Notes: generated by a model not told the origin, from the sequence alone. A stretch of 64,000 nt of DNA from Octopus vulgaris (GCA_951406725.2 OX597818.1:84692001-84756000), one strand, 5' to 3'. Positions 1-12,460 are shown, counted from the stretch's first letter. Program-made: numbers and translations.

Positions 1-189
1 AAATAAGAATACAGGATTAAATAAATGCAAAAACTGGTATATTTCATTTGTAGCTATTAGTGAACATGATAATATACTATCGTTTTAGTCATGATTGTCT
101 TTAATTCTTAAGATAATTTGAAAAATGAGTTGAAAATGAAATGACGAGAAGTAAAGCAATCATGGAAATAGAATCGTTGTGGTAGAATT

Positions 190-810
190 GTTTCTAATTT
201 TGGCACTAAGCTAGCAATTCTGAGGGGAGGATTAAGTCGATTACATTATTCCCAGTATTAAATTCATACATATTTTATCGACAAAATGAAAAGCAAAGTC
301 GATCTCAGTAACTTTTGCGCACAGAACGCAAAGAACCTGTAGGAATGCAGCCATACAATTTTCCCTGTGCCATCACAATTCTGCTAGCTCGCCTTTAGTC
401 ATTCTAATAAAATGCTTTCTACTATAGGCATATGGCCTTATATCATGATACTTATTTCATCAATCGCAAAGGGATGAAAGGCAAAATCCACCTCGGTATA
501 TTTCAACTCAGAACCTAGAGAGCCGGAATAAATGCCGTTTAGAATTTTGTCTGGTGCGCTAACGATTCTGTTTGCTCACCTTTTTATAAGCCTGATAAAA
601 CTCAATGTACTAGAAGTACAAGGGCTCAAATTTAGGGGTGTTTGACCTAGTCGATCAAATCGATCCCAGTGCTTAATTGGTACTTATTCATTTTAACGAC
701 GTCCGAAGGATGAGAGACAAAGTCGTCCTCGGTGGTACTTGAATTCGCGACATAAAAGACAGGAAGAAAACCACCGTTTTGTCCGGTGCGGTAACGATTC
801 TGTCAGTCAC
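190..810 (-). mobile_element. Cluster of three degenerate copies of tRNA-derived SINE family A
   Basis: Repeated diverged matches to the reverse complement of the family A body, e.g. GGGATGAAAGGCAAAATCCACCTCGG...TTCAACTCAGAAC. Compare the clean copy starting at 12461. Confidence 0.7.
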
Positions 811-909
811 CGCATTTCGTTTTTTACATAATGATAAAAATGAAACCCTGGTTTCTCTTCCCCTAAGCGAAGAAGAAATTGGAGAGTAGGAGAAAAGGAA
901 GGAAGGAAG

Positions 910-1090
910 GAAGAAGAAGAAGAAGAAGAAGAAGAAGAAGAAGAAGAAGAAGAAGAAGAAGAAGAAGAAGAAGAAGAAGAAGAAGAAGAAGAAGAAGAAG
1001 AAGAAGAAGAAGAAGAAGAAGAAGAAGAAGAAGAAGAAGAAGAAGAAGAAGAAGAAGAAGAAGAAGAAGAAGAAGAAGAAGAAGAAGAAG

Positions 1091-1120
<30 letters not shown>
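910..1120 (+). repeat. (GAA)n microsatellite
   Basis: Perfect GAA run. It explains the poly-F/S/R ORFs in the track. Confidence 0.98.
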
Positions 1121-1121
<1 letters not shown>

Positions 1122-1149
1122 CGGTGGTTGAAAATTGTAATGCTGATGT

Positions 1150-1315
1150 ATCAAGTTGCATCGAATCCAGTACTTGATTGGTACATTATTTTATCAACCT
1201 CGAAAGGATGAAAGGCAAAGTCGACTTCCATAACATTTGAACTTAAACGACAAAGAGCGGAAAGAAATGCCGCTAAGCATTTTGTCTGGAGCGGTAACGA
1301 TTCCGCTAGCTCGCT
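1150..1315 (-). mobile_element. SINE family A copy
   Basis: CGAAAGGATGAAAGGCAAAGTCGAC...GCTAAGCATTTTGTCTGG...AACGATTCCGCTAGCTCGC is the reverse complement of the family A head and body. Confidence 0.8.
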
Positions 1316-1554
1316 GTTTATCATTCATCATTCCGATAAAATAAATACAATGTTATTAGCGGTTCGAACATACTTCGGGCATAATCGAACCAGCAAAAAA
1401 TACCATTTACTTCGATTTGTCGTGGAGAAAATTTCTCGCCGTAGACAAATGGTGTAAATACATCTAGAATCAGCTTGCAACGCCATCCACCGAGACTGTG
1501 GGATGCAAGCATTTCGCACTGGTTATCTCCTCTTCAGTCTGATATTATAATATA

Positions 1555-2071
1555 CTAGCAGTATCGCCCGGCGTTGCTCGGGTTTGTAAGGGAAATAACT
1601 ATATAAGCATTTTTAGAGAGTTACTTCCTTTATAGATGCCAATTCGGGCTTTCTTAGCCATTTCTGTTTTGGTGTCTTCAAGCCATGAAGTCGTTGTTCT
1701 AAAAGAACGCTGGTCTCCTTGACAACGCATTACGACGTTGATTTCCTTAAACTCCCTTCCCCACAGCTTCACGAGGGAGGGAAGAAGGGGGAGAAGCAAA
1801 CACAGGTGCAGGTGTTTGAGCGTGGACGCCAACTCCGCCGCCATCGACACACGAAATATTATGCATTAAAATGGAATAAAAAATGATGTTAAATTATTTT
1901 TAAAATCGTAGACTCATCGTAGACGCGCGCTAATAGCCAGACGGGCTCGATATTAATCACGACTATAAGATACCCGAATTTGGTTAAACTGCACCGCAAA
2001 ATGTGGGAGGAGTTAGGAATCTAAATCGTAGGAGACAGACACTCACACAACTACAGTTTTATATATATAGA
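1555..2071 (-). mobile_element. Complete non-autonomous Helitron (517 bp)
   Basis: On the minus strand it begins A|TCTATATATATAAAAC and ends with the hairpin CCCGAGCAACGCCGGG followed by CGATACTG-CTAG|T. These are canonical 5'-TC and 3'-CTRR ends inserted between A and T with no TSD. Confidence 0.88.
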
Positions 2072-2304
2072 TGTATTCTTATAACGTGCAGACACCATTT
2101 ATGTGAATTTCTAGGATCACATATAAATATGAAATGTATGAACACACACAGCAGATAAGACTGAAGCACGAACAGTGAAGGGAAACGCATATGCGTAGTA
2201 AAAGGAAACGCATATCTACCACGCGACTACAAGTTATCCATGAGCACAAACACGCATATGTACATACACCAGCCGATTCGGAAGACAACCACAAACCCCT
2301 GATA

Positions 2305-2506
2305 TACTCTTTTACTTGTTTCAGTCATTTGACTGCGGCCATGCTGGAGCACCGCCTTTAGTCGAGCAAATCGACCCCAAGACCCACTCTTTGCAAGCCC
2401 AATACTTATTCTATCGGTCTCCTTTGCCGAACCGCCAAGTTACGGGAACGCAAACACACCAGCATCAGTTGTCAAGCGATGTTGGGGGACAAACACAGGC
2501 ACACAA

Positions 2507-2537
<31 letters not shown>

Positions 2538-2698
2538 TATACATATATACGACGGGCCTCTTTTCAGTTTCCATCCACCAAATCCACTCACAGGGCCTTG
2601 GTCGGCTCGAGGCTATAGTAGAAGACACTTGCCCAAGGTGCCACGCAGTGGGACTGAATCCAGAACCGTGTAGTGGTAAGCAAGCTACTTACCGCACT
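2305..2698 (-). mobile_element. SINE family B (tRNA head, CORE-like segment, internal microsatellite)
   Basis: Reverse complement of GGTAAGTAGCTTGCT...TTCAGTCCCACTGCGTGGCACCTTGGGCAAGTGTCTTC...(TA/TG)n...GCTCCAGCATGGCCGCAGTCAAATGACTGAAACAAGTAAAAGAG. Confidence 0.88.
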
Positions 2699-2825
2699 GC
2701 CAACGGAACACTTAGTTAGGGACTAGCATGAATTCTCCAGATGACAAAACTTAAATAAACCCAATAGGTTACACATACATATACATACATACATACATAC
2801 ATACATACATACATACATACATACA

Positions 2826-2859
<34 letters not shown>

Positions 2860-2869
2860 CATACATACG

Positions 2870-3256
2870 TCGCCGTCGTGGTACGCCGTCGGTTACGACG
2901 ACGAGGGTTCCAGTTGATCCAATCAACGGAACAGCCTGCTCGTGAAATTAATGTGCAAGTGGCTAAGCACTCCACAGACACTTGTACCTTTAACGTAGTT
3001 CTCGGGGAGATTCAGCGTGACACAGAGTGTGACAAAGCTGGCCCTTTGAAATACAGGTAGAACAGTAATAGGAAGAAAGAGCAAGAGAAAGTTGTGGTGA
3101 AAGAGTACAGCAGGGTTCACCACCACCTCTGCTGGAGCCTCGTGAAGCTTTAGGTGTTTTCGCTCAATAACCACTCACAACGCCCGGTCTGGGTATCGAA
3201 ACCACGATCCTACGACCGCAAGTCCAATGCTCTAACCACTGGGCAATTGCGCCTCC
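2870..3256 (-). mobile_element. SINE family C (tRNA head GGAGGCGCAAT...), tail type 1
   Basis: The minus strand starts GGAGGCGCAATTGCCCAGTGGTTAGAGC (A box) ... GGTTTCGATACCC (B box). The 3' part recurs at 55345-55520. Confidence 0.85.
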
Positions 3257-3601
3257 ATATATGCATACATACATGCATGCATACATACATATATACATAC
3301 ATGCATACATATATACATACATACATACATACATACATACATACATACATACATGCCAACCTACCTAGGAGCAAAGTATGGCTGAACTTGGGAATCCCTA
3401 ATTCATATGCCAAAAATGATCACGATATCTGGGGCTATAAAAATCTGCTAGACCTTAAAATTTAAAGGATGATGATTAAAGCTGGATACTTTCCTTCAGA
3501 ACCTTGCTACCAAGAAGGTGATCGGTCAAAATTTACTCTATAATTAGAAAAGGAACATACATACATACATACATACATACATACATACATACATACATAC
3601 A

Positions 3602-3637
<36 letters not shown>

Positions 3638-3719
3638 TATATATACATACATACATACATACATACTAAACGATGCATTTTATAATATGACCCATTAAGG
3701 TAAAACAAAGAAGAAATAT

Positions 3720-3962
3720 TCTGTTGTGTCAGAGGAGAATCATTTTCTTCTTGTGCCTTATAATTTAACACATGCACCGGTATACTTTCCAATTATTCCT
3801 TATTTTTATTTTCCTAAAATTTTCGTTTAGACTATTGAAAAGGTTGCAAGACGCAACGAAAATTTTAGGAAAATAAAAATAAGGAATAAGTGAAAATTTT
3901 ACCGGTGAGTGTGTTAAATTATAAGGCACAAAAAGAAAATGACTCACCCCAGACACAGCAGA
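3720..3962. repeat. Long imperfect palindrome (arms ~110 bp), Penelope-terminus-like or MITE
   Basis: CTGTTGTGTC...TTCCTAAAATTTTCGTT pairs with AACGAAAATTTTAGGAA...GACACAGCAG around a ~27 nt spacer. Confidence 0.85.
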
Positions 3963-4854
3963 TATACTTCAACATTCGAACTCACATAAAGAATCTTGCA
4001 AACCAAATCCAAGAACGAAAGAAGAAATAAACGTAAGAAAAATATTGTATTGTACTGAAAGTTCATTCAATGAAGTTTGATAAAACTCACATTGTGTAAT
4101 GAATGTTAAAATTGTTTTAATTACAAAACGTTCTGAAGAACTAGTGCTCACTTACTTTTCACTAAACTATGTAGTAGAAAATTCCTTGACAATATATTTC
4201 ACAACATGGAAATACACATCAAGCATCGTGTGACTGTTTTTGACCCTTCGACGACGCCGTAGATCTTGCAATGCATAAACATTTAGCATTTTTAGATAAT
4301 TTAGGCATGAAAGATTGTTGTCACTGCATAGAGTGGGTAGATATTCATCACTGAAGTTGTTTGACATATCTGAAAACAAAATACTAGTAAACCTACATGT
4401 AAAACTACAAATTAATAGATAAGATGGGAAATATGTAATTAGTGTGTTATTTAAGAATTAGAAATTCCTTCATTATGACTCATACTCTTTAAGTTTGTAA
4501 GTGTGTATGTCTCTCTCTTTAAGTGTGTACGTGTGTTTGTCTATGTATATATATATATATACACACACGCTTATGTTTATATGTACGTATATATGTGCGT
4601 ATGTCTGTCTGTATGTATATATGTATGTATGTATGTATGCATGTATGTATGAATGTATGTATGTATGTATGTATATATGTATGTATGTATGAATGTAAGT
4701 ATGAATATATGTACGTATACATATATAGATAGACAGACTGAAAAATAGATCGATAGAGAGAGAGGGAGAGAGAGAAAGAGAGAGAGAGAGAAATTTTGAT
4801 AAAAACACGATGCATTTTATACTATTATTCACTTTTAGAAATCATACATCTAGC

Positions 4855-4901
<47 letters not shown>

Positions 4902-4903
4902 AC

Positions 4904-4935
<32 letters not shown>

Positions 4936-5072
4936 TTAATAACAACTTGGTTCAGGTCCATGCAAGTTTCTGGGGTTCCTGAAACGAACCTAGCTTTTCA
5001 AGCTTAGGTTACTAAACTTAGGTTACTAACAAATGTACTGAGTGCCACATTCTTTTGTCTCCTCACTTGAAT

Positions 5073-5154
<82 letters not shown>

Positions 5155-6175
5155 GTATGTATAGACAGAGTGGGAGAATGGGGAGAGAGAACATATAATA
5201 ATACATTATACATGTAATCCTTTCTACTATAGGCAGAAGCCATGAAATTTGGGGGAGGAGAATAATCGATTACCTCGAGTCCAATGTTTTACTGGTACTT
5301 AATTTATCGATCCATAATAATACATATAATACCCGTGATGACATTTATCGAACGACAATTTAAGTTGACTGCTTTGCCACGTGTGCTATTGTACCCAATC
5401 AGAACCTATGATCTATGCTTTGGTTAATAAGGAAAGTAAAATGGCTGACTTTCTCTCACTCTCCTATTATCAGTTTCACTTGGTGGTCATATGTAATCCC
5501 TATTAATGTTCTCTCTCTCATTCTGTATATATATATATATATAGGTATGTGAGTGTATATATATATATATATATATATCCGACGCTAAATTTAGCATTAG
5601 TTTTGCCTAGATAAAATAACTTCAGCCACTATTAAAACCAAAAACAAAAAGAATATCTCGTCTTATCTATGTTCAGACTTTACTGCTCTCCATTAATTTA
5701 AATTTAAACAAAAAGAGAAAAACCACGTAGAAACATTTTGTAAACAGCAAAATATATACATGTAGATTCACATAAACATACTTAAGAAAATTTAACTTGA
5801 TTGATGTAAATTGAAATCTGTTATATTCCATGTTGAAGTTGGTTTTATTTGTAATCTCTATTCACAGACGACGTTCTGAGATCAGAAGAGTTATATAGTC
5901 TGCTGGTATGTTGGAAATAAGAAGGAAATAGTATATATAATCAGTTATTACCGTTATCTTTTCGAATAATCCTATTTGTTACTTACAAAACACTAAAAAC
6001 ATATCTCGACATATTTTTGATGTTTTGTAAGACGGATCTCATCACAAATATAGAGCAAAATAAGCGCTGATATGTTTGTATGTATGTATGTATGTATGTA
6101 TGTATATAGAGACATACACCCCCACCCACACCCAAATCCCCCACACACACATATATATATAGTAATTAATACATA

Positions 6176-6343
6176 AGCACAGGCATCAGTGCGTGGTGAG
6201 AAACTTGCTTCCCAATCACATGGTTCCGGGTACAGTCGCACTGCGCGGCACCTTGTGCAAATGTCTTGGGCAGGTCACTTCTACACAGGCGAACCAAAGT
6301 CTTGTTAGTGAATTTGGTAGACGGAAACTGAAAGAAGCCGTTC

Positions 6344-6345
<2 letters not shown>
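6176..6345 (+). mobile_element. SINE family B, 5' half
   Basis: GCACAGGCATCAGTGCGTGGTGAGAAACTTGCTTCCCAATCACATGGTTCCGGG...GGAAACTGAAAGAAGCC, followed by (TA)n. Confidence 0.8.
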
Positions 6346-6415
<70 letters not shown>

Positions 6416-6496
6416 GTGTGTGTGTGTATGTGTGTGTGTGTGAGTGTGCGTGTATGCATATGTATATATGTATATGTATGTATGTATATGTATGTA

Positions 6497-6538
<42 letters not shown>

Positions 6539-6637
6539 TAGATAGATAGATATGTGCATATATATATATACATACATACATACATAGACAGACAGACAGA
6601 CAGACAGACAGATTGACAGACAGACAGACAGACAAAC

Positions 6638-6712
<75 letters not shown>

Positions 6713-6714
<2 letters not shown>

Positions 6715-7120
6715 TGTTTCTTTATTAGCCACACAGGGCTGCACACAGATGGGACAGATTACAAAGTAGAGCTTTTCGTTTTTTGGGAAAAAAAAAGAAA
6801 CAAAAAGTGGGGTAGGTTTTCGATCAAATGGGATCGTAAAAGGGAAAGAAAAAAGAAGTAAAAAAAGGAAAAGAAAAGAAAAAAGGAAAAAGAAGAAAAA
6901 AGGAAAAGAGGCGAAAAAGAAGAAAAAACGATCAATAGGGATCGTGTATCACAGTGTCATGATGTACGGTGTAAAGGGGGAAGCTGATAAGGTTTATCCG
7001 TGGGAAGAAAAGCCTACGGAAAAGACCACGGTAACCTCAGTCAATATTATTACATGTTACCACATTTGTATGCAAGTGGGTAACCCTTTGTTTTCAATTT
7101 CCGGGTTCATAGGATTATGC

Positions 7121-7121
<1 letters not shown>
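6713..7121 (-). mobile_element. Probable 5'-truncated LINE 3' end (ORF stop + 3' UTR) inserted in (ATCT)n
   Basis: The minus strand reads ...AGCATAATCCTATGA (stop), then a T-rich tract, then GCAGCCCTGTGTGGCTAATAAAGAAAC. (AGAT)n lies on both sides. The clade (Tx1/L1) is inferred. Confidence 0.55.
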
Positions 7122-7192
<71 letters not shown>

Positions 7193-7334
7193 TGCATGTA
7201 TGTAGGTATGTATGTATTTATGTATGTGGGTGTAGGTGTGTCCGTGAAAGGTTGAGAAAGAGGTGGGTCTATACATATTTGTGTGTACAATATGAAGAAA
7301 AACAAGTGCTTGATAATTCTCTCTAATATAGAAA

Positions 7335-7535
7335 GAAGGCATGAGATTCTGTAGAAAGGGGTCAGTCGATTACAGCGATTTTAGTGCTAAATTAGATCTT
7401 ATTTTATCTACCCTGAAAGGATTAAAGGAAAAATCGATCTCAACGGCATTTGAACTCAGAACGTAAAGCGCCGAAACAACATGCGGTAAGCACATTGGCC
7501 AACGCAGAAACGAAACAGCAGGCTCCCGCCTTACG
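7335..7535 (-). mobile_element. SINE family A copy (diverged)
   Basis: CCCTGAAAGGATTAAAGG...TTGAACTCAGAACGTAAAG...GCTCCCGCCTT. Confidence 0.7.
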
Positions 7536-8433
7536 AGTGCTCAGTAATAGATCTAGGGTAATATAATATAGCTAGAATTGAAAGTCTACATATCTACAGT
7601 TCAGACTTTGTAGAAAACCGTCCACAAATGGTAGATAAGGAATATATACAATAATGAAATTCATCGTAACGATATTCTTGTCAAAATAACAAATTTCGTG
7701 TTCAACATATCGATTCTTATGGTTCACCACATAATAGTTTTTCACTTCGAAAATATTTATCAAGAGTAAACTAAATGATGAAGGAATTAATTGCAATAGA
7801 TATCTTCATGTGTATAGCCCTTTGTTAATATACATACATACATTCATATTTAAATACATACATATATACATATATATATATTTATATTTATATATATATA
7901 TTTGTGTTTGTGAGTGTATATATATATATATATATATATATATGCATATGTATATATGTATGTATATGTATACATTCATATAAGTATGTAATCATATGCA
8001 TGTGCTTGTATGTGTGCATACATGCATAAATACATTCTCGCATACATAAATCCTTAAGAATTCAACGAATTCTGATTTCAATGATACACCACTTGTGTTC
8101 TTAAATCGATATTCGCACATAGTACATAGTACACAATACTTCATATATTGTTTGCTTTGCTTGAAACTACTCTTCGCTTCCCAAATGAAAGCTTGAAACA
8201 AAAATATACATATACAATATATATATATACAATATGCATGCATATATGTATGTATGCCATTATTCAGTTTCAAGATTACTTGTCAATAGAGAAAGAGCCG
8301 GTTTCTAACCTACATCCAAGGCTCTTCCATTAGAATTTCAACAATATCAACAGAGTATGTTTGTATGTGCGTATGTAAGTATGTATATATGTATGTATTT
8401 CCATGCAAATTCTTGCATGTATAAGGCATGCTC

Positions 8434-8470
<37 letters not shown>

Positions 8471-8484
8471 ACCGCGTGTTTATC

Positions 8485-8669
8485 GTTGGGGATTTTTTTC
8501 CTCCGACTTCCCTTCCTTGGATCTTTCCTTTTTCTATGTTTCTGACGAAGAGTTCCGCTCGAAACGTTAAATCCTCCCTCGTTGTTTCCTTTCCTGGGCG
8601 TCCAATAACACTATACTTGTTCCACGTTCTCGCGTTGTTGTGTTTTCTTTCTGTTCATGTTTGGATTAA

Positions 8670-8670
<1 letters not shown>
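8485..8670 (+). mobile_element. Short Penelope-like terminal repeat carrying a hammerhead-like motif
   Basis: Contains GTTT-CTGACGA-A-GAGT-TCC-GCTC-GAAAC-GTT-AAA. A second copy lies in the opposite orientation at 28851-29036. Confidence 0.65.
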
Positions 8671-8741
<71 letters not shown>

Positions 8742-8926
8742 ACCTTTTGGAAAGTTTTACAGATCTTTACAGCTCTAGTGGAAGCTTGGATCTGTAGTCT
8801 CAAAACCAAAACGATGAGGCTCCAACGCGAGTTTCTTAACTACGCAGCCATGACTATGTACATACATACATTCATACATACATACATACATGCATACATA
8901 CATACATACATACATACATACATACA

Positions 8927-8959
<33 letters not shown>

Positions 8960-9280
8960 GTGTGCATGTGATATTATAATATGTGTTTTGTGTATGTTTG
9001 ATAATATACGATAAATATTTTACAAAAAGTTTTTTGCTTAGTTCTCGTTCAATGTTTGTTTATATGCATTGATGTACGTCTATGATATTGTACATTTGTG
9101 TGTATGAGTGTGAGTGCGCGCGCGCTCGTGGGTGTATGTATGTTATGTATATATATGTATGTATGTACGAGTACTGTTTTACAAATACACTGCACACACA
9201 CATACGTACACCTGAACACATACACGCACATACATGTATACGTACACACATATCAATCATACATACACACATACACACAT

Positions 9281-9334
<54 letters not shown>

Positions 9335-9849
9335 GAGTATATTGTCTTACACTCACACATATATACACATACGCTCACACACGCACGCAGACACACACGC
9401 ATATATACACCTACATATATATATACACCTATATATAATATGTGAACATGTTAATTTATAACTATTTTCATAAACAAGTTTGTCTGCATACGAGTGTATA
9501 TACACATATTTACATACTTTAGATTTTTTCCAATTCAGTTTTTCTTTTATTTATTTGTATGTGTGTGAGAGAGTGTTTGTGTGTGTGTACGTGTGTGTGT
9601 GTCTGTATGAGTGTGTGTATGTATGTATGTATTATACAAGAACGGCATCTACACTAGTTGCCCATAAATCATGATGCAGTATAAGTGTTTCCTTTCTGAT
9701 GTCTTTTTGCGAAAGATTTCGCACAGAGGAGATTATTAAAGACGCGAGTTACACAAGAGTTTTATCTGGACAGCATTATATGTTTATTTGTGTGCTTAGG
9801 TGTGTGTGTGAGCGTATGTATGTGTGTGTGTGCTTGTTAGCTTATGTAC

Positions 9850-9924
<75 letters not shown>

Positions 9925-9927
<3 letters not shown>

Positions 9928-10224
9928 AGGCGCAATGGCCCAGTGGTTAGGGCAGCGGACTCGCGGTCGTAGGATCGCGGTTTCGATTCCCAGACCGGGC
10001 GTTGTGTGTGTTTATTGAGCGAAAACAACTAAAAGCTCCACGAGGCTCCGGCAGGGGGTGGTGATCTCTGCTGTACTCCTTCACCACCCTAACTCTTTCT
10101 TCTGTTGGCCTGCTCGCTTAGCCAGCGGGGTGGCGTCATTCCAAGGCTAAAACAATGCGAACGCATTGTGACCAGCGATGTGTAGCAACATCTGATGGTC
10201 TGGTCGGTCACATGGTCACGTGAT
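9925..10224 (+). mobile_element. SINE family C, tail type 2 (full length)
   Basis: GGAGGCGCAATGGCCCAGTGGTTAGGGCAGCGGACTCGCGGTCGTAGGATCGCGGTTTCGATTCCC head with A and B boxes, ending GGTCACATGGTCACGTGAT. Confidence 0.88.
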
Positions 10225-10238
10225 ATATATATGTATGT

Positions 10239-10269
<31 letters not shown>

Positions 10270-10412
10270 TGGGGGGGGTGTCTGTGTGTGTTGGTCTCTA
10301 TATATATCTATCTATATGCATGTAGGTATATGCATAAGTGCATGTACGTATGTATACGTATAAATATATATATATAAGTGTGTATAAATATAGGTATGTG
10401 TGTATGTATATT

Positions 10413-10447
<35 letters not shown>

Positions 10448-10492
10448 ATGTATATATGCACACTCATACACATATATATTGTATGTATGTAC

Positions 10493-10563
<71 letters not shown>

Positions 10564-10854
10564 TATTAAATGTGGCTATGAGTGTATGCTTGTGCATCTG
10601 TAAGTTTCGTTGGTAGAATTTAAACTTAATTCTAAGGATTTCATTATTTTACTTTCAATCTCTCAAGCAAAAATACAAACACGAAGCCAAATCGACATTG
10701 AGTAACTTCAATATCTATGACAACGAAAACTGTAACAACAGCGTCGACAAAATTACCGAGACAAAATCATTACTTGAAGCAAAACCTGCGTCCTGAACAA
10801 CAGAGGCATAAATGTTGTCCATTCAATTCAGCGTTGGTCAATATGTTTTTGTTT

Positions 10855-11168
10855 TGTTTGTTCCTTCTCGAGCTACGCCTGGCTCATAAGGGCCGGTTTT
10901 CCCGGTTTCCTTGGTATATAGGTTCACCACCTGGACGGGACGCCGGTCCGTCGCAGGTGAGCTGCAAGATGCAGAGAGTTGATGCAGAGAGTTGATGCAG
11001 AGAGTTGTAGCGAAAGAATCAGCAGAAGTTCGCCGTTACCTTCTGTCAGAGCCGCGTGGAGCTTAAGTGTTTCGCTCATAAACGCACACATCGCCCAGTC
11101 TAAGATTCGAATCCACGATCCCTCGACCGCGAGTCCGCTGCTCTAACCACTAGGCCATGTACCTCCAC
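10855..11168 (-). mobile_element. SINE family C-related, tail type 3 (V-domain-like)
   Basis: Minus strand: GGAGGTACATGGCCTAGTGGTTAGAGCAGCGGACTCGCGGTC...GGATTCGAATC head; the body contains CTGCGACGGACCGGCGTCCCGTCCAGG...AAACCGGGA. Confidence 0.8.
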
Positions 11169-11217
11169 GCTGGTCAATATAGCATTGGTAAAAATCGTCA
11201 CGACCTCAGTTCTGAGC

Positions 11218-11655
11218 TAGGTCATTTGTTATCAGGTTTATTTGTCACCAGGTCAATTCAACGCAAGGTTAATTTAGTCTTAGGTCAATTCGGTGCCAAA
11301 TCAAATCATCGCACCCTAAATTCGACATCATATTAATTCGGCATGAGTTAAGACCGAGGACACTTCGTATAGGTGCCATTTCAATTCGTCGCCAGGTTTC
11401 TACGAAACCATGACAATTTGTCGTCTATCTATTCGTCGCCAGCTCAATTCGTCGTCAAGTTAATTCTTTGTCAGTTCAATTCGTCAGTTCAATTGAATTC
11501 GTTGCCAGTTCAGTTATTTACTAGTTAAATAAGTCGCCCGTTCAATTTGCCGCCCTTTTATTTATTTCAAAGGAAGGACAGTTTGTCGCCAGGTCAATTC
11601 GATTCCAAGTCAGTTTGTCTCTAGTTCAATTCGAAGTCATGTCAATTCGACACTA
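11218..11655 (+). repeat. Degenerate tandem array of a ~16-bp unit (consensus about CAATTCGTCGCCAGGT)
   Basis: Recurrent GTCAATTCG/CAATTCGTCGCCAG variants. An inverted array of the same unit lies at 13121-13200. Confidence 0.8.
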
Positions 11656-12460
11656 GAGTCAAAGCCAGAATGCTAGAAAATTATTAATTGGTGCTTAAAC
11701 AAGGCATTGAACAGAAGTTTAGAAAAGCAAACTTACTTGCAACGTTGATATTAAGATTTGGGAAATAGTGGAAATTGGAATTTAATATCGAAAACAAAAC
11801 AAAACCAAAAACATAAAGATAAAACATATGTTATTTTTGTTTACTTCCTTTCGTTTATTTTACAAAACACCTCAAAACAAAGAGTGATGTAAAATAAAGA
11901 GTATAGACGCTTATTAGATAATCAACTGCACAAAAATGTATTTATTTATTTATATATTAATATATTTTATAACGGTTCATTCTGAAATTTATCAAGAACA
12001 CGAAAAATGTCAGCTAAAAATTAATAACAAAAATAGTGAGGTATTTTAAAATTTAAGATTATAAGCAACTGCTTTTCAAGAAATTAATGTTTCGTTTAAA
12101 TTCGTAATTGCCTATCACATTTCTAATGCGCTTGTTGATATCTTAGAATTTATCTTTTGGTTGGTTTCCTTCTTCGCAACAGAGTTGTGATTAACGTATT
12201 CTTTGGAAAGGTATTAAAAGAGTTTTGATATATGAGTTACTCTTCTAGTTATCTTTCTTATATCTCTGGTGTTTATTTAAGTTACATAATAATTTATTTA
12301 CGCTCCATGTTAAACAAAACCAACTGCAAACAAAGTGTAGATGCCGTTCTTGCAAACACATGAACACTTGCAGCAATGTTTTCACATCTACTCGATTCTT
12401 TGAGTTAAGAAACAATTGCCATTTTCATGCGCCCAGTTTAAGCAGAAACTACCAATTAAT

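Noticed and set aside
688-1211. Long poly-F/S/R ORFs, and the many YI/CV/TH/poly-I/N ORFs throughout the window
   Set aside because: They are translations of stop-free microsatellites with no domain content.
9925-10000. tRNA gene
   Set aside because: A and B boxes are present, but there is no good acceptor stem and it continues into a multi-copy SINE body.
11218-11655. CRISPR-like repeat array
   Set aside because: The units are degenerate and contiguous with no unique spacers, there are no cas genes, and the context is eukaryotic.
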